Assembly (NCBI GenBank): GCA_964016885.1
Contig: OZ024741.1
Span: 181,660,001-181,724,000 of the forward strand
DNA: 64,000 bases
Origin: Eledone cirrhosa
Lineage: Eukaryota
Direction of reading: 5' to 3'
Shown: positions 42,687-56,960 of the stretch, in pieces
How the letters are laid out: every line of letters starts with the position of its first letter
How positions within the stretch are numbered: the stretch's first letter is position 1
Notes under the pieces: model-generated
Databases searched by the model: none
The model's input: the letters and a program-made list of their open reading frames with translations, nothing else
What the model was told of the DNA's origin: nothing
Made by a program: the position numbers and the translations under genes

Positions 42687-44850
42687 CAGTACAGAGAACA
42701 CTCACTGTGAGGTTGGTTTTCGCTTCTGTATATTTCATATCTCCATAGTTAATTTATTTGGCAATCAATGTTTATCATTGATTGACCAACGGTTAAAAAT
42801 ACAGATACAAATATATATATACAGTCTATCAAAGTTTTTTCGGTGCACATCTGCAACATCATCAGTGGTACCATTATGTTCCCTCCTATTGTATTGTAAT
42901 GGCTAAAAAGACTCTCATGGGAAGATTGAATGGATGGACGAACGCCATACAGACACCCAAAAAACAATGATCAGGTAAGAAAAATGGTTGTACATGCAAT
43001 AGGGGCTAGTATTAAAACTACCCCAAAGGGCCATATGTTTAAATTTAACGAAAAGAACTACACCCAGAATGAGGGAGTAGCCATTGGTGTCAGCATAGCT
43101 GGTGATGTTGCCAATCTATTTATGGTATGGTGGGAGAGGAGACTCAGATAATTCCTTGAAGAGAGCTCTATAGATCTCGTCATGTACTCTCGTTACGTAG
43201 ACGATATTAATATAGTAATAAGAACATCCCCACAAGAGAGTACTAATAAACATGATTTACAAAATAGCACAATGGAGAGCATCCAGCAGATAGCTAACTC
43301 CATAAACCAGAGTATAACTGTAACTGTTGACTACCCTTCTAAACACCATAACAATAGACTACCAGTATTAGACACGGAACTCTGGATTAACACTATAGAC
43401 GAGAGGGCCCAAATTCTCCACTCACACTATGCTAAACCCATGGCCTCCAAATACCTGATACTCAAAAACTCAGCAATGTCCAATAGTGCTAAGTTTAATA
43501 TTCTGATCGCAGACTTGGTAAGAATGTGTCCCGCATGTGCGACTCGACTGATAGGAAAGAGACATCCAACACCTCATCAACCGCATGAGGTTCTCTGGCT
43601 ACAACCAAAGAGACAGAATCAGAGTATACAAAGGAGCCACAGAGAAATATAAGACCCTTATATAAATGGATATGAAAGGAATTTTCCCATTATACAGGAG
43701 CAAATCATGGAATAGTTTAGATAGGACTAAACATAAGATAAGGAAAGACACTTCATGGTATGACAACCAGAGATACCAGAGTGTCATGTTCGTGAATGCT
43801 ACCCCTGGAGGGAAATTAGCTAACTAATGTAGAAATGCCCTAAGAAAGACCCATTTAAAGATTAAAGTGGTAGAAAAGCCAGGAACTACCATAAAATCCC
43901 TGATCAGCAAAACATATCCCTTTAAGAAAACCCACTGTACAAATATTAAATGTGTTATATGTAAAATGAACCTCCAGATAAACTGCAAAACTAGAAATGA
44001 AGTCTATAGCATAAGATGTACAGAGGGCACTTGCAGAAATATGACAACGACATACCTAGGTGAGGCAGCTCAAAGCATAAGAGAAAAAATAGACCAACAC
44101 TAGGGGAAACTAAAAGAAAAAAAAACCGGTTAAGTACTATACGAACACCCCAGACAAAGACATAACGGTAATGTAGACAACATAGAAATTAAAATAATAT
44201 CTAAACATAGAAATGACTCAACAAGTAGGCAAATCAGAGAAGCAACTGAGATAGAGCTAAGAATACCAAAGTTAAACAGAAAAAATGTTGGAATGAACAG
44301 CAACCATACCCAAACAAACAATACTGACTTAAGGGAAATATAAATAAATAAATAAATAAATATATATATATACACAAGTACAATAACAACAAAAAACACA
44401 CACTAATGAACAAAGATAGAATATAAAAACAAAAAAAAACACATACACTCACACCAAACATTATACACACACGCAAACGCATGCGCAGAGACAGAGACAA
44501 GAATAAATAAATAAATAAACAAATAAAATAAAAAATGGCGTAGACATTACAATACAACAGGAGGGAACATAATAGTACCACTGTTGATGTTGCAGATGTG
44601 CAACGAAAGGACTTTGATAGACTATATATATATATATTTATATCTGTATTTTTAACTGTTGGTCAATCAATTGATTGTCAAATAAATTAATTATGGAGAT
44701 ATAAAATATAGGGAAGCGAAAACCAACCCAAAACAGTGAGTGTGTTCTGTTATTATTTCTGGCAATATTATTACAACAATATGACCCTCCCCAAGTATAA
44801 CAATATTTGTTTCGACACACGATTTCATATCAAAAACCTTGCAAAACAAA

Positions 44851-44853
<3 letters not shown>
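42685..44853 (+). mobile_element. Older Penelope-like element (different clade) with inverted pLTR
   Basis: RT: GVAIGVSIAGDVANLFM, YSRYVDDI, LPVLD, YAKP. GIY-YIG: CVIC..NCK..VYSIRC..YLGE. 42685-42903 is inverted relative to 44542-44753; TA flanks. Confidence 0.85.
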
Positions 44854-44904
<51 letters not shown>

Positions 44905-45067
44905 TTCCGAAAGGATCTCAAGAGTAAGGTTTGTTTACGTCTAATGAAACCACTAGTAATACACGAACTGTTATTACAAATATTTTCATCGCCTACACAT
45001 TATGTCTTGTCATTTGCTGTTATTACTCTCTTGTAACCGCACCTACATAAACATGCAAACACTCTCT

Positions 45068-45111
<44 letters not shown>

Positions 45112-45254
45112 CATACATACACAAACACACACACACAAATATAGATACACAAACACACACACACTCACGCATTTATATTTATATATAAGAAGAGAGATAG
45201 AAAGAGAGAGGGAGAGAGAGAGAGAGAAAGAGAGAGGGAGAGAGAGATAGAGAG

Positions 45255-45331
<77 letters not shown>

Positions 45332-45854
45332 GATATGTATATGATAGGACGCTGTTAATTTCCTATCCATTTGTTTATTTCTGTTTCGGCTTATTTTAAT
45401 CAACACTAACGAGAAATATTTAAACATCCATTGTTTCCTTACTTCCAACTAATTTAGATTTAAATTTAGATTGAAGCTAATTGTTTTCTCGATTGCTGTT
45501 TATATCTGAATGTTGCGCAACCAGCTATCAAATATAAACACACACGCCCACACCCATAGACACAAACACATCACCCATCCACACACATATACACATAGAC
45601 ACACACACACACAAAGTCTCTTACAAACCTACACAGTTCTGGCTAACACATAAAAAAGTTATGTATATATATATCCATATTTGTCTGTCTGTTTGTCTGT
45701 TTGTCACTATGTCTGTTTGTCTGCCTGCCTGTCTGCTTGCCTCTCTGTCTCTCACCCTCTTCTCTCTCTTTCTATCTCACTATCCCCCTCTTTCTCTTTC
45801 GTCACATCTATGTATCCCCACGCTTTATGTGCTATCATTGTTTCGCCTCAGATG

Positions 45855-46010
45855 AAGGCGGTGGATTGGCAGTATCGGTAGAGGGACGGACGCCATGCTT
45901 TGCACCATAGACTTACGGTCCTTTATGGTCAGAGTTCAAATCCCGCTGAGATTAACTTTGCCTTTCATCCTTACGGGGTCGATAAAATAAAGTACCAGTA
46001 ACGTACTGAG
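45855..46010 (+). mobile_element. tRNA-derived SINE with conserved central domain
   Basis: A box tggcagtatcggt; B box gagttcaaatc; gcctttcatccttacggggtcgataaaataaagtaccag. Copies at 52075-52225, 52525-52715, 63455-63640, 22185-22320, 62920-63065. Confidence 0.82.
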
Positions 46011-46260
46011 ATTACTGATGTTATATTCTTATAGATTATTTACTAGAATTCTATAAGAATATAACATCAGTAATCTCAGTAGACAGGAGGGGTAGTTAGC
46101 CTTGATAAGATTCAACAAAAGCGAAACAAAGGCCCTTGTCGGCTTATCTCCCCTGTTTGCTGAGATTAAAGTAAGTGAATTTGTCACTACTCTAAAACAA
46201 TAGCATACGGTCTTCAAAATGCTTTTAATTAAGCATAAAGTGTATTGCAAAATACATTAT
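46003..46260 (+). mobile_element. PLE pLTR remnant with 5' fold-back
   Basis: About 32-bp inverted arms at 46003-46081, then an HHR, ending at a TA tract. Confidence 0.65.
46098..46144 (+). ncRNA. Hammerhead ribozyme, U3:A8 core
   Basis: agcc TTGATAA gatt..aagc GAAA caaaggcccttg TC ggct; near-palindromic stem III; stem II has a mismatch. Confidence 0.68.
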
Positions 46261-46340
46261 ATATACATCCATATATATATTGCTATTTCAGAGCTCCAAT
46301 TCTAATATATATATATATATATGTATATGTATATATATAT

Positions 46341-47981
46341 AGGAAAATGTATGACACCGACGGCAGAGCTCAAGCAATTTCGACGGTTATTTCTGGACTA
46401 AATTAGAATTTTTAGCCTGGTGAATAAATAGCCGAAATTGTCAAGGAGTACTTCCTTATTTGGGAGGATTGTAGTTGTCAAGAGGACTGGTCAAAATTTG
46501 TTGTAAACACAAATAAATCTATCATGGCATTTGGTGGGAGGGATGGGTGGCTGAACTTGCCTGTAGAACAATGAGGGAGTGAGTAAAGCCAGTCAGGCGT
46601 TGAAAGTGAAATCTATACAGAAGATTATAAGGATAGTGTATGAAAAGTCGAAAAATTGTTATGGAGAAAAAGAAGGAGGCGAGTTTAAAGAATAGGTAGG
46701 TCAAATGAGAGTAGGGGACAATGAAAATAAATTAAAAAAATATATATATATAAAAAATTAGATAGAAATAAAAAAAAAATAAAATAAAAACAGTAGAGTC
46801 TAGAAACAGCTGCTATAATTAGTAAGTGTTGCTTGTACGGCAAAGCTATAGAAAAGTTTAATAAGTTGAGAATGGAAAATACTAAATAAGAAATTGTAGA
46901 AGTGGGTAGTGAAAAATATAATGCAAACTTTTCAGGGGGTCTAACACAGCTGCTATAAATAGTTAGTAAAGCGTAATCAGCCAATGCTATCTTACAATTA
47001 CAGGTTAATAAGTTGAGGATAGAAAATACTAAATAAGAAATTTTGAAATTGTAGAATTGGAGTAGTAACAAAATAGATACAAAATTACAGGGGTTTAACA
47101 AATCTGCTATAAATAGTTAGTAAAGCATAATCGACCAATTCTATCTTATAATTACAGGGGTGGGGGTACTGAGGCTACAGATGACCGATGGGTTGGATCG
47201 GGGTAGGCGAAAGGGGAAAACAGACGAGGAAGAAAATCGGGGTGGAAGGAAGTGATATGATGAGACGGGGGAAGAAGAAAACATAGAGGAAAAGAAATGA
47301 GGTACGTCTACCAATGTAAGCTGGGGTTTCCCCTTACTTATGCGGCAAGTGGGGGGTATCAGCCCTTGTCTACTCACCCGGGTCGTTATGGGGTTTAGGG
47401 GCGAGGTAAGTCCTACGCAATCTGTGCTTGCATGCGGTTACCAGTTCGTCTTTCTTGTTTAGGAGTTGGTCCTTCGAAAACAGCATTTGTAATGTTTCCT
47501 CCGAGCATAAGTTACACGGACGGCGTCCTCCCGTGTAAGAGTTAGCTATGGACAGTAAGCTCCCAGTGAGATTGTAGGTTATATTATTATCTTTGAGGTC
47601 CCAGATGTGGCCCGAAAGTGTAGTGGCATGTCGCCGGACCGGTTTTCGGAAAGTATGTCGGTGTTGGTAGAGCCGGGTCTTGAAGTCATAAGCGGTTAAT
47701 CCTATATAAGCTTTGTTGGAGCCGTCCGTCCTCATGTTGCACTGGTAGATCACGTTACGTTCTCGGCATCTGTTTTTTCCCATATAAGGAAGTACCCCTT
47801 GACAAGTTCGGTTATTTATTTACCGGGCTAAAAATTCTAATTTAGTCCAGAAATAGCCGTCGAAACTGCTTGAGCTCTGCCGTCGGGGCATACCTTTTAC
47901 TATTACCCACTCTACTACCCTAAGTATTGAGTACTCTGGTGCGTTATGGTCCATCTGGTTCCTTACCACAATTCCTTCGTT
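46341..47981 (-). mobile_element. PLE 3' fragment with inverted pLTR
   Basis: GIY-YIG ORF 47370..47783 (VIYQC..YIGLT..FKTR..CNLCSEE..CKH); 46341-46458 inverted at 47786-47897; TA flanks. Confidence 0.87.
47795..47888 (+). ncRNA. Hammerhead ribozyme, U3:A8 core, long stem II (degenerate mirror near 46355-46450)
   Basis: cccc TTGACAA [cggttattt...aaatagccg] GAAA ctgc..gccg TC gggg. Confidence 0.65.
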
Positions 47982-48115
47982 ATATATATATATATATATA
48001 TATATCAGACTGAAGGCGGTAACAAACTGCCATGTTGCCACCACCCGAATATCATCGATTCATCTCGGACCTAGCTGTTGAAACGACCGGAGGTCAGCCA
48101 TCGAGGTCCCGAATT

Positions 48116-48249
<134 letters not shown>

Positions 48250-48943
48250 GCACATATATATATATATAAAATGAAATTTGTCCGATTGAGAGCATCCTAC
48301 ATCTAATAAATATATGATGACACGATATTAAATGGTTTTACAGGGATTCACCTCAAAGGCTCGAGATATGAATGATTATTCTTTCCCTCAGGATGTTGCT
48401 ACCCTCCCTATACAACTTGTTACAATTGTGGCTCACAATTCTCTTGTATGAAATGAAGAGGGAAAATGTGTGTAAGTACAGAGGAAACCATGTAGTAAAC
48501 AAAAATCTGTGATACATTAATTTACATGTAAATTAATCTTTCACTGAAGTCTCTACTATTTAGAGCATTATTATAATAAGGGGCTAATTTATTGAAATTA
48601 TACCGGCCTGAGGAAAGATATGAGTCTCTCCTTATTCCGACCACAAAGCTCTAATTATAGTGGAAATGTGGTTTGAATGTCTATGATTGTAAGTGGTGCC
48701 GTAATTCAGCTTTTTTGTAGTAGTGGTGTTTATCTGTCTTTAAGTATAATGCTATATCTAGAAAGTTGGTTAATTTTAGATTAATGACTATAGTTATATT
48801 CAAACCAATTTCCTTAAACATATTTATATTAACTCCTTCCTAAATATATCCATAGATGGTCATTCATGAGAATCGACCTTACAATCTCACCTATGAAATT
48901 AATGTATTCCGCCATCTTTTACAATTTCGCATTTACTGACCGC

Positions 48944-48977
<34 letters not shown>

Positions 48978-48982
<5 letters not shown>

Positions 48983-49044
48983 TAGCAGATTAAAGTTTAA
49001 GCAAAGAATCGCTGCTTTCACCCTTAACGGGATCTTCTGAAACT
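48978..49044 (-). ncRNA. Hammerhead-like unit with CAGAAGA core, alone between TA tracts
   Basis: Minus: agttt CAGAAGA tccc-gttaa-gggt GAAA gcag..ttgc TT aaact; copies at 40208-40258 and 50964-51014. Confidence 0.5.
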
Positions 49045-50574
49045 ATATATATTTATATATTTATGATATATATTTATCCTTATCGAGCCCTCTTTGGATT
49101 TTAGTCTTCAAATTTATTATTATATATATATACACACACATGCATACACACACATATATATGCATGTTTACAAATTACGTTGTTACACCTGGCATTTAAA
49201 TAATAAAATGCTGCACAAACTTGAAAATAATTTGATGAAATCAACATCGACATGACTGCCCTTGTATAAAGTTGTCTAGAAAATAAAATGATGGATGTAC
49301 TGCAAATATATTTTCATCGATTTTCATTTGTCTAAACGTGTTATCTATTAAGTGATACAACGGTTCAACATTTTAACAGCTTGCAACTGAATTTGCTATA
49401 CTTATGATGTGTTTCTTTGAAATAACGATTGGCGTGAGAATTCTATAACCAAGTGAAGGATATATTATTTTTAGTAACAAAACCTTAATCTTAAACATTG
49501 ATAAAATGGCTAATCAGTTAGTTAATCCATTTAGTTTCAAACTCGAATACAATTTCTACTTCTATATATGACCACTAACCTGTAATACGTATTAACATCT
49601 CTTCTGGGTTCACCTATACTTTATTAGTTTTATCTTTTTCTTTCTATGGTCTTAGTTTTCTCAATATCTTGTTTATTTCTGGAAGTATTTTGCTATAGCT
49701 CTTTGAAGAAGTTCATACTCCAGTGGCTTGCAGTAATTTCCTGAAGATAATTACTGCCTGTTTTGCTTTCATGTGAAGAGTAAAGCCTACATTTCTTTTT
49801 ATGTGACGGCGTTTGCGTCTATGAGGCCTTTAGTTCTTTATCAAGGAATTATAAGTTTACCATAGAAACTTTGATATCACACCCTAAATGCATTAGCGGC
49901 GCGAGTGAAAGGAAATGGCAACAATCTAAAAACTGAAACCGGATCTCAGACTCACAGGGTCAGGAATTTAGATCTCATAATTTGTCGTTCTCTACCATAG
50001 CTAATATCTATGAAAAGAGAAACCAAATTTATGTAGAATATACATTAATTCTCACAAATATACTGACTATAACTTATAGGTCAATTTATTCCTCATCACT
50101 ATATAACTGATAGTTATTTTCTTAACACGACCCAAGGAAGATAAAAAGCAAAGTTAAGCCTACAAAGAGTTGGACTCAGACTGGAAAGGAAATAAACTAA
50201 ATATTAAAGATCTTTCCCGTGACGCTCTGCTGACTCTGTCACTTTACCGTCTAAATCAAGAATAAATAATGATTTATTCTATAGCCACAATGTTACAAGC
50301 CTATGCTGTTACGAAGAAGTTATTCATGTAAGAGAAATATAATGGCTCTAACTATGAATTGAAACCGTGTAGTAGCCTACTCGGTCATCTACAAATCAAA
50401 CTTCTACGGCAATGAGGAAAATATCTTAAATTGATTTTTGTTAATGGTGCAAAGGTTTAGCTTGCATCTGAACATGTAATAGTCGATTGATTGTTACATA
50501 TATATCGTTTAGCGATCACATAATGATAAAATAATTGTGTTAACTGCAGTTCCATTGCTCCATAGTTAAGTTAA

Positions 50575-51092
50575 TCTCTATATATAAAACTGTTGTAGTC
50601 TGTGTGTCCTCATTTTTGCAAAGTCTATACAAATCCACATTTCTACTCCGATTGACTTCAACTTGCATTTATTTATTCCTTGAGGTCTAAAGATATTAAC
50701 TGCAGCTTTAATTTTCAATTTTCTGTTCTTAAATGGGTGTTAGGCGCCGGTTATCAATCTCCGTAGCGCTCTTATAATATCTGTCTGTATGCCTGGCTGT
50801 CTGCATTACGACAGTCTGACGAACATTGATGACGTATTATGTTCTCTATTATCCGTTCATTGCCAGGGAACGTCTTCACGAACCAAAGTATCGTCTTCCT
50901 GTTTTCCTTCGGTTGCAACGTTTTTCGAAATATTTACTTCTGCGTTCACAGATTGATGTTTTTAGTTTCAGAATATCCAGTTAAGGGTGAAAGCAACGAT
51001 TCTTTGCTTAAACTTTAATCTGTTATTTTAATCTATATATGTATATATATATAACTGAGGAAGGATGTATGTATATGTGTATGTGTGTATGT

Positions 51093-51184
<92 letters not shown>

Positions 51185-51727
51185 CGAGAAGTACCCAAAC
51201 GATTTTTTTCAAACTTTACATGTGTATTACTTATGTTTCAGGGAGAGTTATGCACAAATTCAACTTTTTGATTCCCTAGGGCCCGCAATTTTTAGGAGTT
51301 TTTTGAGGCGTTACGTCAGACTTATTTCCTTGAAATTGTAACTGTGTATTAGTCAGTCTCTTCTTCATACCGTGAGCAAAGAAAATCCAACTTTTTAAGG
51401 GCTAGGGCCCGCATTAGGTGCAAAACTTCATTTTTTCAGCTTTTTAGGGCTTTTTTGAGGCGTTACGTCTAGCCAATTTTCCCGAAATTTCAAGGCATAT
51501 TATGCACATGAAAAAATTCATTTTCTTGATCCCCTAGGGCCCGCATTAGGTGAAAACCTGCATTTTTCCTGCTTCTTCGAGGAAAATCTTAGATTATCCA
51601 GCCATCAGAGTATTCGGTTTATTTTCTTTACATATTGTCTAAGCATGCAGTTTTTCCACGTTTAGGTCTGTTGGCGGCCCGCGTGCCAAAATACCGTACC
51701 CCGTGCCACGCCGGGTACCACTGCTAG
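50575..51727 (+). mobile_element. Non-autonomous Helitron-like element (possibly composite)
   Basis: 5' TC after A; 3' CTAG before T; subterminal hairpin gtaccc/gggtac at 51696-51718. Confidence 0.68.
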
Positions 51728-52074
51728 TAACAACTATAGGAGAATAAAAAGATTCTTTCCGTGAAATTGGAAATCATAAGAGGAAGACATAAGAGGAAGT
51801 AACAATATAGAGTAATTCATGTATTCCTATGTCTGACAAAATTGACCATGCTTGACCTGCTCAACATAGCAACCAAATCCTATCGAACGTTCACTCTATC
51901 CTCTTAAAAGGGAAGTGATATACTGAATAAAATAGTCTTGGATATAATAAAATAAAATAGAAGAATGAAATGGTTATGGTTGCATTTTCAGTCGAAAGAT
52001 TAAACAATTGATATAAAAAATATAGGAAAAGAATATGGTACAACACTCCGATGACAACATGATATATATAATGG

Positions 52075-52225
52075 TTTCTTATATAGGCACAAGGCCAGCA
52101 ATTTAGGAGGAGGGGAAAGTCGATTAAATCGACCCCAGTGCGTGACTGGTACTTTATTTTATCGACCCTGTAAGGATGAAAGGCAAAGTTAACCTCGGCG
52201 GGATTTGACCTCAGACCGTAAAGGG
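52075..52225 (-). mobile_element. tRNA-derived SINE, 3' part
   Basis: Reverse complement of the 45855 / 63455 family. Confidence 0.8.
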
Positions 52226-52227
52226 CC

Positions 52228-52525
52228 ATATATAATGTCAACAGGGTATATAAGGATAACATGTTGGGTATATAATGACAACATGTTATATATAATGACA
52301 ACAGGGTATATAATGATAACATGGTATATATAATGACAACATGTAATATATAATGACAACAGGGTATATAATGACAACACGGTATATATAATGATAACAT
52401 GGTATATATAATGACAACAGGCTATATAATGATAACATGTTGTGTATATAATGACAACATGTTATATATAATGACAACAGGGTATATAATAATAACATGG
52501 TATATAATGATAACAGGGTATATAT
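52228..52525. repeat. Minisatellite, about 20-23 bp unit tatataatga(c/t)aaca(gg/tg)g
   Basis: About 14 degenerate tandem units; more at 52725-52772. Confidence 0.85.
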
Positions 52526-52715
52526 AATTGTTTCTACTTTTGGCACAAGGCCAGCAATTATCCCAGTGTATTACTGGTACTTTATTTTATCGACCCCGTA
52601 AGGATGAAAGGCAAAGTTAACCTCGGCGGGATTTGAACTCAGTCCGTAAAGGGACGTAACTGTGCTGCAAAGCATGGAACCCGACCCTCTACCGATACTG
52701 CCAATTCACCGCCCT
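52526..52715 (-). mobile_element. tRNA-derived SINE, near full length
   Basis: Minus strand: ggcggtgaattggcagtatcggtagag...gagttcaaatcccgccgagg... Confidence 0.82.
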
Positions 52716-52929
52716 TATACAGTGTATATATAATGACAACAGGATATATAATGATAATATGGTATATATAACTGTTTCTTCTTTTGGCACAAAACGAAGA
52801 GAGAACGAGCCTTGAATGAGAAGTGAAACTACGCTTCTGGCCCTCATCTGTTAGCCGGCTGTTAGTTAGTGTTGCTCGATGAACTGGCAAATTTTAAGAT
52901 TCAGTCTGTTTCGGCTTATAACTGCTCTC

Positions 52930-53170
52930 CAAGTACCGGTCGCTTTCCGACAGGTTTGCGGTCGTGCCCTTGGCAGTGGAGACTTCTGGTTTCCTTGGTC
53001 CTAGGGCTACCTCCCTACTCACCACCATAGGTGATGAGCTGGGAAGCCGCAGGTGTGACCTCGCGAGTTGGAATGGCTTTTCCAGCGCATCTTCCTTACC
53101 ATCCTACGGGGAAACACCTTCTCCATTTTGTCCGCCTGGGCTGTGGGGAGACCAGCACGTGGGACCCCAT
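52930..53170 (+). mobile_element. CRE-like RLE 3' fragment
   Basis: KYRSLSDRFAVVPLAVETSGFLGPRATSLLTTIG; homologous to 14670-14930. Confidence 0.75.
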
Positions 53171-53360
53171 TTAATCACCATAGAGAGAGATGGAGGCGAT
53201 GAGAGTGGGAGATCGTCTCTTCCACGTTCGCACCATATCCTTGTGGTTGTTCTCCTCAAGCCCTAGTGCAGTAATGAGATTAAATGCCTCAATGATCACT
53301 TATATAAAGTTATTTCGTTAGTAGCTATGTTATTAATATTGTAACTGTCAAACTATAAAG

Positions 53361-53644
53361 CAGTGGTTTCTCGAATGGGTGCAGGGAGAATTTAGAGGGG
53401 TACTGGATGGCAAAGAGTGATAGGGCGTGGGGGGTTATTGATAAGAAAAGGAAAGGAGTGATGAGAGGAAAAGGACAAAGAAGAAAGATTTGTAGTAGTT
53501 CGTCACATAGATGCATGAATTTGGGAAGACCTATTCAAATTTAATTTTCACTGCATATTTTGTTTTCTACTTTACAGTGGCGGACGTTGATAAAATCTAT
53601 TCTATAAGTGGAGGCAGTAGTCAAAAATAGTTTAGCAAACACTT
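53361..53644. mobile_element. Degenerate hAT-Charlie-like MITE
   Basis: Ends cagtggtttctcgaa / tttagcaaacactt; imperfect. Confidence 0.35.
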
Positions 53645-54361
53645 CCCTAAGGAGTTCTTAGGATTGGAAGGTTGATATATATTGTGCTACATTTTGTTTC
53701 AAAATCTAGTCATGACCACCATTGCAGACAGTATGCGGTGGTGCAACATACATGGAGGAACGATCAAAAACATTAGAACTCATTCACCAGTAACAAGTAC
53801 TTCGAATGAAGTCCTTTGTACTGAGAAAGAGATGCTCTCTAGTCGCTTTAGCCGTTCGAAAAGCTGTCTGCCAGTGATTGCTCCGTTGGAACACGAAACA
53901 ACGATACTATAATTCATAAATTGCGATAAAATGAAATATAAATATATAAATATATAAATATATGAATATATAAATATATGAATATATAAATATATAAATA
54001 AAAAATACATAAATAAATCTCACATGTTCCTATGAATATCAATGTATTAACAAGACTGATTATATCCAATCACTAATGCACTACCAAAACAACAAAATTG
54101 TTATATGTATCAGAATTCAGCAAAGACGATGTAAGTTCTGCATACAAAAACATATCCTGAAGATTATAACTAGATTAAACGTTCTTAGATTGAAAGAGTG
54201 ATTGAGTCATACACAAACAAATATATTATAGTAAAATAGAAATAAGAGTTTAGTTGTGGAGAAGGAAATACGTCTAATAAATATATTGCAAATACATCAT
54301 TACAAATACATAGTTTTACATAATTCTATACACAAAAATACACATGTACGCATAGACATAG

Positions 54362-54436
<75 letters not shown>

Positions 54437-54450
54437 TATATTATATATGC

Positions 54451-54636
<186 letters not shown>

Positions 54637-54662
54637 ATATATATATATATATATACGCCTTA

Positions 54663-56756
54663 ATGGATATACGATGGATATACGATATAACGCCTTCTAG
54701 GTCGGATATAGCCATTATCAGTAAAACAATCCTTGACCTTATTATACCAGATGTTAGGAATAGGGTTAATTTTAACTTATGGGGGAACACTAGGGAAGTT
54801 ATAGATTGGTTCTCTGGGATTAATAGACTTGAATCTAATAAGTTTATCCAATTCGATATTGATGCCTACTACACATCAATTTCACCCATCCTCCTCAATA
54901 AAGCCTTAATGTTGGCCATGAGAGTGTCCAGCCTTACACGATCGCAGGTAGATATTATACTAGCAGCCCGTAAAACTATTATTAAATTTGAGGACTCTTT
55001 TTGGACCCGTAAAAACACGCCCAATAATTTCGACGTTACAATGGGTTCGAGCGATTCGGCCCAGGTTACTGATCTTGTTGGGTTGTTCCTCCTTAATGAA
55101 CTATACGCTACCTTCCCGCACCTAGTAGGCGGACTATATCGTGATGATGCATTGTTTATAATTAACTCTAGTACCAATAATGTAGAACGTAATAAGAAGA
55201 AGCTTCATAAGTTTTTTAATAACTACAACCTTTCAATCACGATAGATAGAAACGATAGAGCAGTTAACTTCTTAGATGTGACTTTGGACTTGGCCACTAA
55301 TAGTTTTAAACCCTTCCATAAGCCTAATGAAATTCTTTCTTATGTTAACCCCAATTCTAACCACCCTAAGTCTATGATAAACTCTATAATTAAGGGCGTT
55401 TCTAATAGGATTTCCAAATTATCTAAGGACATAGGAACTTTTAATGAGCATGCGGAGTACTACAATAACGCCCTAGCAAATTCGGGTCACTCTAGTAAAA
55501 TAAATTATAATAATAGTAACCTTAGAAAGTCTCCGCTTACTCTTAATAATAACATTATATCACATAACATGGCTATGAATGTGAGTAGCAAACTTAGTAA
55601 CCGTAGAACTTATATAGGAGTATCTGAGCCCACCCATAGGTTATCCCACCGGACTCGTAGTAACAAATATAATACCTCTAAGAGACAAGTCGAGCCCCCT
55701 GTGCGCTCACGCATTGGTGTTGATTTGGCTGGATCTTGTTCTAGTAATGTTGCTCCTACTGATCCTTTCTTTGGCCTTAATCCTTTTGTAGGGACTCTGA
55801 ACAACAGTGGATCTACTGGAGGTAGAACATATAATAGGCATAATGTAATTATGGCTGATTCTATGAATGCGGCTTCAGATATTCCCGATAGTAACCCTGG
55901 TCTTGAAGGTGTGACTTTTGATAGAGGTAGGGTCGATAGGAATAAAAATAAAAATAAAAATAGAAGGCGATTGAATACTTATTTCAACCCGCCATATAAC
56001 CAGGATGTATCAACTAATATCCCTAGGTCTTTCTTCACTATCCTGGAGAAAAATTTCCCCCCTTCTCACAAATACCATGGTATTTTTAATAAAAATATTA
56101 TTAAACTATCATTCTCTACCACCCTTAATATTAGTTCTCATTTAGCTAGCACTAATAATAGGAAGATTAGGGATGGATTCTCCTCTCTGCAGAATAATAG
56201 CCTGAATGCATCGGACAATGCTTTACCACCAGAACAGTCCTTATCTAATGGAGGTCCTAGGTGCAATACATCACCACTTGAGCCAACCAATAACACCCGG
56301 AAGTGCAATTGTAGAGTGAGTGCTAACTGCCCTCTAAACGGTAACTGCCTTTCTAAAAACATAGTCTATGCTTGTGAGGTTATAACTAATTCCTCTAAAG
56401 GAACATATATAGGATCTACTTCAAACACCTTTAAGACTAGGTTTAACTCTCATATCTCTAACTTCAAGCAGATTAGGTTTAAGAATTCCACCTCTCTAGC
56501 GCATTATATCTGGGACCTTAAGGGAGCTTGTATACCATATAGCCTTAACTGGAGTTTAGTAGCACGATCTAACCACCTTTCTGCACATAGTAAGTTTTGT
56601 AATCTCTGTATACTTGAGACACACTCTATTATTTTCTCTAGCGTAACCTTACTGAATAGAAAGTCTGAGATATTCTCTTCTTGCCCCCATGCAATTTCTA
56701 ATTCTTACTTTTATTATAAACCCAAATGTTTTAGTAGTACAAATCGAACCCATTAG
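54663..56756 (+). CDS. PLE reverse transcriptase + GIY-YIG endonuclease (true start truncated)
   Basis: [62 protein letters not shown]. The ORF-track start at 54447 is microsatellite. Confidence 0.9.
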   Translation: MDIRWIYDITPSRSDIAIISKTILDLIIPDVRNRVNFNLWGNTREVIDWFSGINRLESNKFIQFDIDAYYTSISPILLNKALMLAMRVSSLTRSQVDIILAARKTIIKFEDSFWTRKNTPNNFDVTMGSSDSAQVTDLVGLFLLNELYATFPHLVGGLYRDDALFIINSSTNNVERNKKKLHKFFNNYNLSITIDRNDRAVNFLDVTLDLATNSFKPFHKPNEILSYVNPNSNHPKSMINSIIKGVSNRISKLSKDIGTFNEHAEYYNNALANSGHSSKINYNNSNLRKSPLTLNNNIISHNMAMNVSSKLSNRRTYIGVSEPTHRLSHRTRSNKYNTSKRQVEPPVRSRIGVDLAGSCSSNVAPTDPFFGLNPFVGTLNNSGSTGGRTYNRHNVIMADSMNAASDIPDSNPGLEGVTFDRGRVDRNKNKNKNRRRLNTYFNPPYNQDVSTNIPRSFFTILEKNFPPSHKYHGIFNKNIIKLSFSTTLNISSHLASTNNRKIRDGFSSLQNNSLNASDNALPPEQSLSNGGPRCNTSPLEPTNNTRKCNCRVSANCPLNGNCLSKNIVYACEVITNSSKGTYIGSTSNTFKTRFNSHISNFKQIRFKNSTSLAHYIWDLKGACIPYSLNWSLVARSNHLSAHSKFCNLCILETHSIIFSSVTLLNRKSEIFSSCPHAISNSYFYYKPKCFSSTNRTH

Positions 56757-56960
56757 CAGATATATTCCATTACTTAGTTCTTTGTTTGGGTTCTTTGTTT
56801 GCCAACACTATTGTTAACATTGGTTTTTGATGACTCTTCATTCTAGCTCTCATAATCATTTGGCCACTGTACCGTATCTATGTCTTCACTATTACACCTT
56901 GTTAGTACACATAAGATTACACACGTTATTACCTTTATATATTCTTTTATTATCATTAAC

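Noticed and set aside
44578-44625. HHR in the pLTR of the 42.7-44.9 kb PLE
   Set aside because: Core and stem II are visible (CTGATGA in the mirror copy) but stems I and III cannot be paired; too degenerate to list as a ribozyme.
45855-45950. tRNA gene
   Set aside because: A/B boxes are present but there is no cloverleaf; it is a multi-copy SINE head.
49712-49828. Minus-strand peptide RPHRRKRRHIKRNVGFTLHMKAKQAVIIFRKLLQATGV resembling a neuropeptide precursor end
   Set aside because: An in-frame stop lies directly upstream and there is no convincing splice acceptor; more likely chance or decayed TE.
52228-52525. Possible CRISPR array
   Set aside because: Units are contiguous and degenerate with no unique spacers; no cas genes; eukaryotic context.
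53682-53912. 76-aa ORF as a host exon
   Set aside because: No recognisable motif or supported splice sites.
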